DNA of 64,000 nucleotides. Source: Owenia fusiformis. Lineage: Eukaryota. Under the pieces are notes generated by a model. It saw only the letters and a program-made list of their open reading frames with translations, did no database searches and had not been told where the DNA came from. Both the position numbers and the translations under genes were made by a program. This document shows, in pieces, positions 1-33,800 of the stretch (position 1 is its first letter; each line of letters begins with the position of its first letter). The stretch is taken from contig CAIIXF020000001.1 of the NCBI GenBank assembly GCA_903813345.2, positions 28,334,001 through 28,398,000 on the forward strand. Direction: 5' to 3'.

Positions 1-62
1 CAACTCAAATATATTAATGGACATAACCCTGTAAAAAGTAACAAAGAAGTTATTATGCTAAC

Positions 63-19369
<19,307 letters not shown>

Positions 19370-19375
<6 letters not shown>

Positions 19376-19680
19376 CTGTAACGTGTATGAATGAATAAAC
19401 GGAGAAAACCCTGTTTCTGTAGAATTAAGAGAGTAGTTGACTAGCTGTGTAATATTACTATATGGATTATCGATGCAACTGCATACAAAGCAAACTAAAA
19501 TGAACTGAATGCAGAATAGTAGAATACAGCAAGCGCTAGCAGATGTGGCTGAATAATCTGAATGACAAATTTATGCACATGCCCTCCTCAAATACACACA
19601 TAGCAGCTAATGAAATGAGGTCTTTCTAGTATCCAATCAGCTGCCAAGCAAAGTTAAAACCAATCAATGATTGGTGCTGG
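19370..19680 (-). promoter_or_regulatory. Putative proximal ELAV first exon (ATG CAG|gtagga) with upstream CCAAT boxes
   Basis: Phase-0 donor matches exon 2; ccaatc and ccaatcaatgattgg at ~19633-19674. Confidence 0.55.
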
Positions 19681-20521
19681 CTTCCCCATCACTGTAATTT
19701 TGTTTTCTTAATAATTAGGCTTCTGTGCAAGATTGCCAGATAGTGGACTCTTGGACCAAGGGCTGTAATTTACCAAAAAAACACCAAAATATTGCGTCAA
19801 AAAGAATAACATCACATAAACGTTAAATATATTGGATACCAATATCTTAACAATTCATGACTCGCAGCTAGCACTGAATCATTTAGGATTAATAACATTC
19901 AGACACAAGTTTGTGTCTTACAATAGAAGTGCCACAATCTACTCTAAGACTACCATAATTCTTAGTGAAGTAATATGATATTTGAAAATTGATAATATTG
20001 GAATGTCCCTATCCAAGTAAGGGCCAGTAGTAAATTGTCCAGTTATAGCTTTTGCAAACTTAAGATAAGTTTTATATCCCCTATTTATTTCTGATTTATT
20101 GGACACTGTAATAAAGAGGAATAACATTATTAGACCAGACTTTGAAAATAAAATTATAAGACTATACATTAATGTAAAAGGCTTCATTTGAAAAAAAATT
20201 TCGAATTACCATAAATCAAAATCAACTGTTTTTGAGGTGAACCATATATTTATGATAAAGTAGTAAACTAGTCATGATATATTCAGAAATTTTGAAGGAC
20301 ACTTGGTTTTTATCAGAAAAATATTATTCAACATGCACCCAACCATTGTAATAATTTCATACTGAGGTTCAGGCCGTAACGTCAAAACAAATGAACGTTA
20401 AAAAAGGTGTCTTTTAAACATAAACTTAGCCATAGCGGGAACTTCAACAACACCAATCAGAAGCAAGTGCATTAAAACAAATCTTTGGAGAAATCTATTT
20501 ACTTTAAGTTATATAATGTAA

Positions 20522-20749
20522 CAGGGCTCTCACCAGGAAATATTTAGGGTGTGGTGCTAACATCTTCAGAACAACCGTTCAATCATGATAAATCATATTT
20601 ATGTTATGTTTTATCCTTTTTACATGCTATTATTGTATATTCAGTCAAGTTTAGACTGTGGAAACAGTCATGATTTGCCAATAGGGTGTGGAGGGAGCTA
20701 AATAGAGTGTGGTGCTGCTCCACAGTCTAAAAGCCTGGCGAGAGCCCTG
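20522..20749. mobile_element. MITE with CAGGGCTCTCRCCAGG TIRs and 5-bp TSD (tgtaa)
   Basis: TIR pair and identical 5-bp flanks read directly. Confidence 0.8.
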
Positions 20750-20830
20750 TGTAATATTTATTCTAAAACTTGACAAATTGACCTATTCTCAAAATCTCTT
20801 GGATTATATTACTCTTGCGCCACCTATCAA

Positions 20831-21150
20831 GGTGCCATGGTACTTAACAGGAAATGACAAAACAGGAATTTTTAGACATTTTTTGAACAAAGATTATACT
20901 TCTGTTTTGACCGCCATTAAGTTTAACTAGTTCCATCCAATGTACATTGTAAGATTGTACATTCAGAATGATCCTTAACATGATGAAATAACTTTTTCAG
21001 CCCTCTGAAAATATTACATTGGAGGTCAAAACATTGGACTTCATTGGAGGTCAAAACGGAACTCTGTTATTTTTGTTCAAAAAATGTCTAAAAATAAAGC
21101 ATGTTTTGTCACTTCTTGTTTTGTCATTTCCTGTTAAGTACCACGGTACC
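20831..21150. mobile_element. Kolobok-like MITE
   Basis: Long TIR ggtrccrtggtacttaacaggaaatgacaaaaca; flanks tcaa / ttaa. Confidence 0.7.
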
Positions 21151-22166
21151 TTAAAACAAAACATCCACTATGTATATGAGACTTATGAGGAGTAGATGAC
21201 CTGCTTATAAAGTTTATAAAGTTAGGATCTGATTCTGAACAGTAAATATTTTTCATAATCTTAGTAGAATTTGAAGAAACTGAATACTTAGCTGGATTTG
21301 CCTGCCCATTTTCTTGAGAAAAAATTTCAATCCTGTAAATATGACATAAACTGATAATTTCACTATCAGGACATCATGTAATTTTGTGAATCTGACAAGG
21401 AAATAAGTCTAGAAAGAAGCAAAAATATACAAGGCATTAACATGGCAAAATGTCACCACCTCGTAAGATTTTGCAGTTAGTTACAGATGCTGAACTCTGA
21501 TAGCCAACCACCATCACAAAAAAGTTTGAGACCATAACAATATGATACCGAGTGACATAAAAACCAGTCTAAATAACTTTATTTCTGAACATCTATGAAT
21601 GAAGAAATACTTACGACACCTGGGCCATGTTTAATTGCAGAAACAAATACTGGCATTCTCATTATAGTTTGAACAACAATTCAATAAACAATGTATATCA
21701 TGTTCATGTAAGTATCTAATGAAATAAAATGACCTTGGTTCCAGATTCACAACTAGCCTGAATGCCTGAATGCTAAACTCAAGACTCCAGCCAGTCTGGT
21801 CATCAGGAAGTGTCACAAGTTTATCCAGGTGCCTCATTTAAAAAACTGGTAAGGAGATGAGCAAAAGGATTATGCAGTCTGTTGTAATAAATGAACACTC
21901 CAAAAATGGAGAAACAGTTGGAAAACATTTATGTTTGTTGGTATCACTATTTATGTTTGTTGGTATCACTGCTCATGTTTTCTCTGTAGAAGTCCATGGT
22001 ACCTGTTAGGATGATTGTAAATTAAGCACAGAAAAAAATTCAATCCCAATCTTTTGATCAGTTAGGTAGTAAATAATAACAATTTCATAAATTCTTCATT
22101 TCACCCAAGGACGTCCTTGATCGTCCCAATTTCTTAGACTTATTTATAAATTAAAGTTTGACAGTT

Positions 22167-22253
22167 CAGGCCCGTAGCCATTTTCCAAGGGGGTTCACTT
22201 TTCCCAAAAATTCTAGGGGGGGTTCGCCCGAACCCCCCCTAGCTACGGGCCTG
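22167..22253. mobile_element. Short MITE, TIR CAGGCCCGTAGC, 5-bp TSD (cagtt)
   Basis: TIR and TSD seen; same family as 25552 and 30558. Confidence 0.85.
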
Positions 22254-23035
22254 CAGTTATTCCTAAAATGTCATTCAGATTCATTGATTTATCGCATCTG
22301 AAGTGAGGCATTGGTCAATTTAGAGAAGTACATGCCAGTGATTTGTAAGTGTACAGGGTAGCTTTAAAATAAGCCAGAGATCTTGATTATCAGAATTTAA
22401 AAATTATTGACCATGGGGCAAAATGTGTGTAATAAAATGGGATGTAATGTTTTTTTCAAATTTCATGCCATTTAGTCAATTTTTGACGATTAAATTTTAG
22501 TCATGCTTTGTAGATTCCTGGGCATATCTGCTTTTTAATGCTCACAATTTTGTGTCCCTCCCAGTCACCATTGTGAGCTTACTTGAGACCCCCACATGAT
22601 GAAGACTGTCATCTGACACTGTTTTTTCAGTGATTGGGCTAACAGTCATTATCATGGACTGTCATGTTTTTAGAGGACAAATGCAGAAAAACATTTTAAA
22701 ATAGCAGTGTAACAAAGCTCCTCTCCAGCACGGACCTCTGCCAGAAAAGCTCCTCTGTGTCTAGGCTCAATAAATATACTCAAGGACAAGACACGAGATC
22801 TTCGGAAAATTTATTTTTCCTTGATTTTGGAGTCAGTTTATCAATAAATATCACATGCCATACCTCAAACGATGCGTACTGTTGTTAGCTTCAACTCCAA
22901 TCACCAAAGCCAAACATCCAAGAAAGCGTCTGTTGATAAAAGCATAAAATAAGCGAGCGTATATTTAATGGAGCACTTCGGCTATCTCCGTTGTTCAAAT
23001 GATTATTCCCGAAGTCAAATGCCTTTTCTGAGAAT

Positions 23036-23600
23036 GTGACGCCACTCCGGATGACGTCACATCAGAGATTACCGAGAAGTCCCATGACGTTTCCTTAAAC
23101 TCCCGTAGAAACAATAATGACAGTTATTAGGCTACGCGATTCTTTACTTTCATTGGCTGTTTGTTGCGATGTGACGTAATTTGAGAGACGAACAACATCG
23201 GACACTGCCGGAAATTACCGAAGTGCTCCATTATCTTTACGCTCTGATAATTTGAAATAAATGTCCCGGGAAAAGTCGAATTACAGCGTCTATAATGGAT
23301 ATCATGCAACCATTCAAACTAATACATAAAGAAGAGATTACAGGGTAAATATTGATCAATCAATGTCTGACAGATGGAAAAAATAAGGTCAGTACGAGGG
23401 TCATATTTTTGGGTGGTCATTTTTTGGATGTGCCATTTTTGGCTCGTGTCTCATCTTCCCATTTATCCTTTGAGCCTACTACCAACAGGGGCTGGATCTG
23501 GCTCCGGATCTGTGCTCTCCAGTGGATAATAAATGTTAACACTGTGCCTAACTTTATGATTGACAGCCGTCACGTGACCCCAATGACCACGTGTGGTCGT
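23036..23600. promoter_or_regulatory. CpG-enriched promoter/enhancer-like segment
   Basis: CRE TGACGTCA at ~23052, further TGACG half-sites, ATTGG at ~23152, palindromic E-box GTCACGTGAC at 23569-23578. Confidence 0.4.
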
Positions 23601-23864
23601 GTGGCTGTCAAACTAAAATACTACAATTTTAGCTCAGAGCTTATCAGCCTGAACATCTTGTTGATGTTAGTGACAGTTCCATTTTATGGTAGTTAATACA
23701 CGTTTGTTACATATCTAATTGAAGACCCTTCTTGAAATTGAATGATCACTCGGGAAAATTACGATTTCCGAGATCCTCGTCTTCTGAAGTGAAAGCACTT
23801 GCATTTTGTTTTGAATTGGGATGATTGATGTTTTCAATATTTGAAGCCATTGTAATCAACCTAC

Positions 23865-24250
23865 CTGCTGTTTCCAGCTAGACTGGTCAAAACCGGGGTG
23901 TATCTGTTCCGAAGGAATGGTGGCGACTTATGTGATCCTGGATCCAGGAGTCAGCAGAGATGATCTTCCAGCTGTTATACTTTGACAAGTCTTCGATTTT
24001 GCCAAAATGGCGATTTCTTGATTTCACACACACTGTCTTCTTCAAGGTTTTACTACTAAAATCAGTCCCTTCTCACATAAAGTACGTCGTTAAAATCAAA
24101 GTTAAGACTCTTAATATAAACAACTGATATCCTAACTAGATTAAATCATTTAAAATCAAGTAAAACCTTTAACGAAATGAGTTGAAATTTCTATACGAAA
24201 TCAACCTTTCTGTCCGAGTGCAGAGAACCAAATAACCCGAAAATGACCGA
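23865..24250 (-). other. Candidate distal non-coding first exon of ELAV (5' boundary uncertain)
   Basis: Strong donor CAGCAG|gtaggt at 23865/23864; GC-richer sequence; no in-frame ATG; ~1 kb from the AGBL4 start. Confidence 0.35.
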
Positions 24251-24894
24251 GCACTTGCTAAGCCACATCACTGTGATTATGCATATATCAATACGCCACA
24301 ATGCAATCTTAGCAGAAGTTCAAGCTTTATCATTCAATTGATATCATAAATGGATCACCTTGTTAAAAATATACTTTATAACAGCTTCACTACTTTTCAC
24401 AGCGATTGTAACGAAATAATTTCAACAAGTAAATTTCACCTCGCATTCACATAGAGAGTAAATCGGACCTAAATATTGCGGGAATATTTGAACTTCACAT
24501 ATGTTTAAAAATAATTGTACAGTGATGCAGAGTAAAATAAGGATAACACTATTTCTATATTATATCGTAATTAATCTACTTAATCTACTCTCATTGTCCC
24601 AATTGAGTCCGATCTCTCAAAATGTATCAAAAGATTCTGAGAGCTCACAATCGATCTCAGGATAATCACAATGCTTAAAATTAAATTGAAAAACAGATCA
24701 TTCTGGTATGTCCACTTTCAACCGGGACTGAGTCCCTTGACGTTTCTAGTTCGCCCCAAACACAAAAATGTTATGTTAGGTATCATATTTTTACTTTAAT
24801 AACTGCTGAAATGAATTTTTTGAAATATTATTATTTAGATTTGTGGTGGTGCTAAATTGAGCAACAGACTTGTCATATATGTACTAAATTAAAG

Positions 24895-27800
24895 ATGGCT
24901 GACAAAAAAGATTCAGGTTTGTTTACAGTCGCCTGGTGATCGTTTTTGCAATAAAATGCCTCACAAGTCAGTCCACGACCACTCTGGACGAATCATTGAT
25001 ATATTGTGTATCTTTAAAACAATGTATGTTGTACATATGTATGTCTATACGCATTCTTGAAGATAAATTATACTAAAAATCAAAATATTTAGAATTTTTG
25101 ATTTTGTTGACTCTGACTTGAATCAGTCACTCACTCTCACTGAGTCCAAGGTTGATCCTTGCTGAGTCAGTTATATTGACAATCACTACAGGTTTAATTA
25201 GGATTATAGGTTACTAGGTTAGGTTCTATTAATCCCATAAACAGTGGAGACGATAACCCCATTAGCGTGAAGTAAGGCAATGGCCATGTTGCACGACAAA
25301 TTATGAAGCATAAGTGCGCATGTCAATAGATAATAACAACAATTGCTGTCATGTCCGTCAAGTGACGTGCAATATTTTGCACGCCAATCGACGTGCAAAC
25401 TATTATCTTTTAAAAGTTTCACTTATTATCGGCAGGACGACAGGCAGTTATAAACTGGGAAACTAGTGGGCAAATCATGATCTGCATTGTATGTAATAGT
25501 TATAATCATAAACGTTTACTATTGTCCGGGTTGCATTTTGAACTAACAACTCAGGCCCGTAGCCAGGGGGGGGGGGTTCGCAGGGTTCGGGCGAACCCCC
25601 CTGGCCAAAAATTCTTTCAAAATCATGCAGTTTTTCACCATTTTGAGCACTTCTCAAGTGATTTTAGCCATATTTGGGCCAAATCCCCCTGGAAATTTTT
25701 GAAAACTAAACCCCCCTTGGCAAATCCTGGCTACGGGCCTGCAACTATTATGATGTGCTTACGTCAATGTTTACAAGAAATATTTATTCAACAGCAAACC
25801 GGAAGTAAACAAATGATGGAAAGAAAACTAATAAATTCTGATCTAATGAGGATAGGAATTTAAATTGTTTATAATTCATGTAAGGTAATCACTAGATCAT
25901 TGTAAAGAAGGTTTAAAAACTAAATCCAGCCAGGAAAAAAACGAAAAAATCAGCAACATACCGAGGACAGGAAAACACTTCTGGTCAAAAAGAAGACGGA
26001 AAGTAGACCCCATTTTAGTGATTTCCAGTGGTCTTTTCTCGGAATTGGGGCTCACGTTGTGTTAAGAGATTAAAATACCTTTGGGTCAGTACTAATTTTG
26101 TCGTAAAACCTGTCGGAAAGACAATATCTAGACAATTGGAGTAGTATTAGTAATTCCAATATGGCGTTTTTCTAGGATTCGTGCATACAAGTGCTAGATT
26201 AGATTAAATACTTGAAGAAAATGCAATAAAAAGCGTTCCATTGATCCATTTAGACTTTCCAAGAATGCAAGTTCGGTGGTGACTTCATTGGTTCGTAGCA
26301 TTGACAGAAAATTCACAAGATATAAAAGAAATATTACTTAGATTGTATATATATTAAATACTAGGTCGTCTAATTAACTTGGTGTTTCAAATTATGAATT
26401 ACAATGGACATTCTGCTTATTGGCGTGATTCACGCCAATTGACATGCAAAATGGCAAACTCCGTGTTACACGTTAAATGGGGTTGTCGTCTCCACTGATA
26501 AATGTGAGGATATGATGGCTCTCTACAGAGCTACATGTACATACAGTATAATAGAACTTTATTGAATCCTACGACCACCCTTAACGTTCTCTCAAAGCTA
26601 AAAAAGTTGCAGAGTTATGCACTTTAATCGACCAGTGTTTCAAAATATCCGCCATCAGTTGCTTTGATTTGTTCATTTAAAGCCCATGATTTGTTCAAAA
26701 TATGATGTCTGAGGTTTTATTTATAACTAAATTGGAATAATCAATTATTTATTCAGGAAAGGTTTCAATTAACCAATTGGTTCTGCAATTTTTAGAAACA
26801 TTAGGCAATTTTGAGACTTAAATCCTCAAAAACTTATTTTTCAAGAAAAAAAGCCAGAATATTTCTGTACATTCAGGCTAATTTTTATGGAAGTAATGTC
26901 ACAATAAATAGGACAATCAAATAGTTGCTTATTATAGAATTATGAGAAAAATTCTATGATTTATTAGAAATACTGTTTATGTATCCAACCTTTAATTTTT
27001 GTGCTCATTTCATCACAAAAATCAGTAATCGATAGCCATGCATTGCACCATAAATAATAGCATCTTCATGTTTCTATTCCTCAAATATGTATATTATTCT
27101 TGCCTCCAGGGAGTGACTCTGAGTCAACAGAGGAACCAGTAGTTGGCAATGTAAACAAATTCTCTGTCTCGCCACCAGGATATACAGGACGGACCAAGAA
27201 AGGACATCTTATCTTTGATGCATGCTTTGAAAGTGGTATGTACCTTTTTACTTTAAACTACATAAATACAGGTCTGAGTTATAGGAAGGCAAATAATTTA
27301 CAAGACTGATTTTTTCGAAAAAAACTAAATTAAATCTAATTGAAAATATTTTTTGTTTTTATTTGTTAAAACATGGAGCTATTTTTGTATCCGCACATGC
27401 AATAATGACTTATGAAGTAATCAGTCACTAAAAGATATTTGTACTCTGCACAAATCTGATTTTATATTTCAGGTAACCTAGGGCGTGTTGATTACATCAC
27501 AGAATTTGAGTATGACTTGTTCATAAGACCAGATACGTGTAACCCTAGGTTTAGGGTATGGTTTAACTTCACTGTTGAGAATGTAAAACATGATCAGGTA
27601 TGTAAAGGTTGACCTGAATTAAGGCCTTGTGTACCCCCCTCACCGATCCCCATTACCCCAAAGATACACGTACCTTCTGGATATGGAAATTAAAATGGGG
27701 TTGGACAAGAGACTAGTTTGGGTTGACTTGAATTAAGGCCCTGTGTACCCTCTCCCACCCTCCCCATAACCACAATAATATACATACCTTCTGGATATGG

Positions 27801-30800
27801 AAATCAAAATGGAATGGGACAAGATACTAATTTAGGTTGACTTGAATTAAAGCTTTGTGTATCCCCCCACCCCACAAATACTCCTACTGTTTATATATTA
27901 TGCACTGCTCAGTAAAAATTATAAATCAATTTGACTTTATCTAATATTGCTCTGTTTCAATGAAAAATATGCATTGTTTATGTTTTTTATTTTTGCTTCC
28001 AGCGTGTGATATTTAATATAGTTAACTTCAGCAAAACCAAGTCACTCTATAGGGAGGGAATGTCTCCAATGGTGAAATCATCAAGCAGGCCTAAATGGTA
28101 AGATGGAGGAAGGAATAAGAGTTTTAAAGGGACATTGAATTCCTTACAACACCCGGAGCGTCTGGCGTCTCATACATTTTGTCAATGGACGTCCCTTTTT
28201 GTCATGGCTATTAAAGTTCTATGAGGGCAAAATGTATCGAAGTTAATCAAGTAATCAACTGATATTTGTGGATAAACTCAATAGAATAGTCCCATGGAAA
28301 TAATTAAAAGTCATTTGGAAATAATCGAGACAGAGGGACATTTTTGGGGTTCAGAGTACTAAAATTTTGAAATCAATAACCCAAAAATGCACAAGGTCTT
28401 GTAACTTAAATTGAATAATTCTAAAATTAATTTTTCTTAAATTTTCAGGGTACGGGTCCCAGCCAAAAATGTGTATTACTACAGGTGTCCGGATCATAGA
28501 AAAAACTATGTGATGTCATTTGCATTCTGCTTTGACAGAGAACGTGATGTTTACCAATTCGCTTACTGCTATCCTTATTCATACACAAGACTACAAAATT
28601 ATTTGGACAATTTAGAAAAAAGAAATTTAGATTTTGTAAATAGAGAACTCCTTTGTTTAAGTGTGGTAAGTTATTTTCCATCCCTTCTCCTAGTAGAAAA
28701 TAAATTGTGATAACAAAACTACAGGGGTCTCTAATAAATGTTATGAATGTCTCATAGGATAAATGTTAAATGTAGTTTTGACTTTTTCAACATTATTTTT
28801 TTGAAAAATAAAGAAAAAGTGAGACCATTTAACAATACATCATGTAAGAATTAGTAGCCTTTGCCTTGTTCAGAATTGTTAAGGAAATATGTATCATATT
28901 TTTATTTTAATTGTTACCATTGTATGTTAATTGTTACCACTGCATGTTAATCATTACCACTGTATGTTTCAGCAACAAAGGAGGCTAGATATGTTAACCA
29001 TAACAAACCCTGAAAACCTTGATCCTGATAATGAGAAACAGAAAGTTGTATTCATCACTGCAAGGGTACATCCTGGTGAAACACCAGCATCATACATATG
29101 CCAAGGTAACCTGAAATTGTTAACTGAGGCCATGCATGAGTTGCATTGTATGCAGCTTTAAACATGAGGCTGCAACTTTGCAACTTGTGTATTACGGCTT
29201 ACATGGAATTCAATGAGCACATGAATAAAGGCTCTTTGTGATAGTGTACCCATGTACCTGTATTCATAAATCGGGCAATATGCTTCACAAATTTTATTAT
29301 CAGAACTATATCATCCAATGAAACTGTCAATTTTGTTTATCTTCAGGTATATTGGACTTTCTTGTCAGTAACCATCCTATTGCCAAAATCCTACGAGATC
29401 ACATCGTGTTCAAAATTGTCCCCATGCTAAATCCCGATGGAGTCTACCTAGGAAACTACAGGTAAAGTCTAAAATGAAGAAAGAAGGTGCCAATAGATGG
29501 CAACATTGAAATAGGTTCTATATTAGCATGTAAATCTTCTGCATGTAAATGCTGCATTTCTGAGAATTCTAAATATCTCTTGAATGGATTTCATTGATAT
29601 TGAACCAAGAACAACTAAATTTTGAGAGATGATTCCATCATATACACAATTATACACATAAACATTGCAAGTATTCATGTGTAAAAATACATTGACTACA
29701 TGTATATTATATTTTATTGTACTTTAAATGTAGATTATGGATTTTGATGTGAATAGAATTGACTGAAACCGTTACTGACATCTCCGCATGTAAATCACAT
29801 TGACTATATCGATATGTTTTTATTTTATTTACATGTACTTGTATTACAGATGCTCCCTTATGGGTTTTGATCTGAATAGACATTGGATGGAACCATCACC
29901 ATGGGCACACCCTACACTCTATGCATGTAAAAATCTCATGATGGAACTAGACAGAAGTCAAGTAATTAATTTCATTATTACAGCTAGGATTATTCAATTG
30001 AAAACTTTTCTAAAATTAAAGTTGGTTTAAAAAATATTGTATTGACTGGGATGATCTTTACCCTATTGATACCAGTATTTTTGTCTTATTCAAAACTCTT
30101 TACCAATTTTCAGTCTGGGAGTTAAAAAACATGATGAAACTATATTCCCAAATAACTTTTTCATTGCAGAAAGATGATCTTGATTTTTACATAGACATTC
30201 ACGCTCATTCAACATTAATGAACGGGTTTATGTATGGTAATACATACGAGGACATGGACAGGTTTGAAAGACAGGCAGTGTTCCCCAAACTCCTCTGCGG
30301 CAATGCGGAAGACTTCTCAATGAGTAACACATCATTCAATAAAGATGCTGTAAAAGCTGGTACAGGCAGAAGGTAGGCTGATTCTGTTTAATGTCAATGT
30401 TGTAACATTGAGGTATATTCAACAAATTAAACATGCAACTAAAAGAAAACAGGGAGTGGAAGTGAAGGAACGTTCTCTGCATACATTTTTAATACAATTC
30501 TAACATATACAAGGGATGTTCTATAAGTCATTAAACCTGGTAACTATCAATATGTATCAGGCCCGTAGCCAGGGGGTCGTTCAAGGAGTTTGAACTTTTC
30601 AAGTGATTTTGGCTATTTTGGGGGCAAAGATGTCAAACGTGAACCCTCCCTGGAATTTTTTAAAAAGTGAACCCCCTTTGCAAAAGCTGGCTTACCGGAG
30701 CTGCGTATTCCATGCCTCTACTCTGTAATGTTACATCATCAGCACTATTTAGTGTGCAAAATTCCTACTGGACTATTTTACATTCCTCATATTTTATAAC

Positions 30801-33800
30801 TACTTTGTTATTGAACACTATCTAAGAGGTGAATCATGGACCAGATAAAGATAGTATCAAAACAGTGTTCTCCCAAACATTGATGCAATTTTGGCAACAC
30901 ATTTTTTTTAAAACATTTTTTTAATTTATTCATTCACTATAATTGCCTTACATTAATTGATAGGGTCAGCAATATTTTCCCATAAAAAGGTATATCACTG
31001 TATATAACTATTAGTATTCATTGAGAATATGTTACAATGTGTTTCTTTTGAAAAAAGATAATTTGGAAATTAGTTTTACATGTTGAAAATTCAGTTGGAT
31101 CCAGTTAAGAAACAATCATATGGAGAACACCAAAAATATAATATAACACACCAAAGGTTGGAACAAAATGTAAAATAGTTACTTACTTTAACTTTTGGGG
31201 TAATCTTTTTGTAGTAAGTGTAAGGATTATATTTCATCTTAGTCGCCATGGTGATATGTAATACAACCATCTAATATACATGTGCTGTTAATCCTCTATG
31301 TGTTGTAGTCTAATCTGCACATCTTCTAGAAACATGTGCTTCATCATTTTGAAACAACAATTAGACATGAATAATCCAAAGAGGCCTCCAACTCTAAAAC
31401 ATTTGTTAAGTGTCAACAACACATTGATAAAATTGTTTTAGATTTGAATTTTCAAAAAATGAAGATTAATTTTTTTCACCATTTCTTACAATTATGTTGC
31501 TTGACTCTACAACCTGGTTTAAAGTTAGTTCATAATATTAAAGTGTTTTGATTTTTAAAAAAAATAAAATAAAATTTTATCATCTGTATGTGGATTCTCA
31601 CTCTTGGAGGCCTCAATGGGCTATAAAATGTTCCCATACATCATATGTCAGTATATGCCAGAGGGGCTGAGGTACACCCAGCAAAACTTTACTGCAGTTT
31701 GACATTGTGACTTTAACTGCTTTAATGCTATGGGCTATGACATCTTCATTGTTTTAAAGTGTTCCCTTATGTTATCTTGAACATTATAACATGCTTAACT
31801 TTCTGTATGGTGTTGTACTTTCTACTCTACCATAGTTTCATTTTTGCTATTAATTCCCATGTTTAAAGAGAGAATCAGATTAAGTGAGCAGGAAAACAAA
31901 ATATTTTTGGCTCATATCGTTTCTTGTCATGTCTAAAAATCCCAAAAGTACATACGTTATTCCAGACTATAAAGATTTTTACAATAGTGTATTATTTTTC
32001 TATTCTAAAGGCTACCATTTTTATTATTCAGGAGAATTTAAACAATTTTCCCTCATTTTGTACTTTGAATCCTTAATAACTAACCAGTTTATCTTGGATC
32101 ACTTTGGAGATGTTGTATTTGAGATTGTAAGGAATACATTGGTAGGTCAACTGTGCATGTTCCTTGCAATTATGCCACCCCTATTGATCTGATTCTGACT
32201 TTAAGAACTGTTCTTGATTTTCAAATTACATTTGAGTGATCACATTCAACATTCATTAAGGTTAATATTTTGGTTTTGTAAAAAATTGTTCAATCTTTGA
32301 CAAAGTTTTACATAGCGAGTGTTACACTACAAAAGTTCAATGGTTAGAAGCTATAACACCAACATTAACAGTTACCTGTGAACTAATGTATATTTCTACC
32401 TTTTTGATTAATTACAGGTGATTTTAACACAAAAGCTCATAGCTGTCCATCTTCCACTAGCCACCTTTAATTAACAATTAATTAACATGTAAATGAGCAT
32501 GTAGAAAAGTTTAATAAATATGCATTAAATTCCAATTTTTGAATGGGTTGTATTTTTGTCGATAGGTCATTTTATATAAACTAATAAATTATACTAATAA
32601 ACTATTAAAGAGACTCTATTGAGACTTCTCTGTGGCATTTTTTCTTTATTCCTTTTTGTTTTGAATTTTTAACACCATAACATTAACTAACTACTCAATA
32701 TGCAACTTTTCACCGCGTAGAATTTTAAAATATTAAGTTTGAAAATTCCATTTTTATAATGGAGCTCAATGGGAAAAAATACATAATTTGAATTATTTTC
32801 AAACGTAGCGGCGCGATTTTGATAAAATTGACAGATATAATAAATATTGGTAAGACAAAATGTTTGATGAAAAATGAAGAAAATTCACCGTCCTGGTTAC
32901 GCAAACTATAGAAAAATCTGAAATAATCATAAAAACCTGTAAAAATAGATTGAAGGGGGTGATATTCATTTTTAATGTGCCTTTCACTACTACAGGGTAA
33001 CCATAATTTTGGTACTGATTTGATTTTTCAATGAAAATCATTTCTATAGTGTATAGTCAGTTTAAATAATACAATTGGTATATTTCTTTACTGAACAGTG
33101 CAATCATTTATTTATTTATCAACAGTAATGCAAACTACATATTATACAGTTAGTAAGATATTAAAATAATTCTATTAAAATTAAAGCATTGCCAGAATGT
33201 GTTGACAGCTGGCAAAAAATTAAAGAATTTGAAGAAAAATAGCCACCCAATGAACACTTACACCTGCTAACTGCCACTTTGCAAAGAGTTTATTCAAGCA
33301 AGAAAACTATTTGGAAAAACGTAATTTCGGGTTGAACATGGTACCCACCACTCTGGTTACCTTAGCAACCATCTCTCAAGAACCAATCAAAATTGAGGTC
33401 CCAAAGGACCTTATACACCCTCCATTGGGATCTCCCCATGAAAAAGAAAATTTATCTGATTTTTCAAAATGAGTATTCGAGGTATATCCAGAATTATGGC
33501 AATGTCTATACTTTCTATACATTGTCTATACTTTCTATACTTTCGATCTCCTTTTTCATACTATCTGCCTTCGACGTTTCTATACTTTCTATACTTTCGA
33601 ACTGCTTTTTCATACCAACTGCCTTTGACAAATCAGATGTCTATAGTTTCTATACTTTCGAAATGCCTTTTCATACTAACTGCCTTTGACAAAGCAGATG
33701 TCTATAGTTTCTATACTTTCTATACTTTCGATCTGCTTTTTCCTATAACTGTCTTAGACAAATCAGATGTCTATAGTTTCTATACTTTCGATCTGCTATT

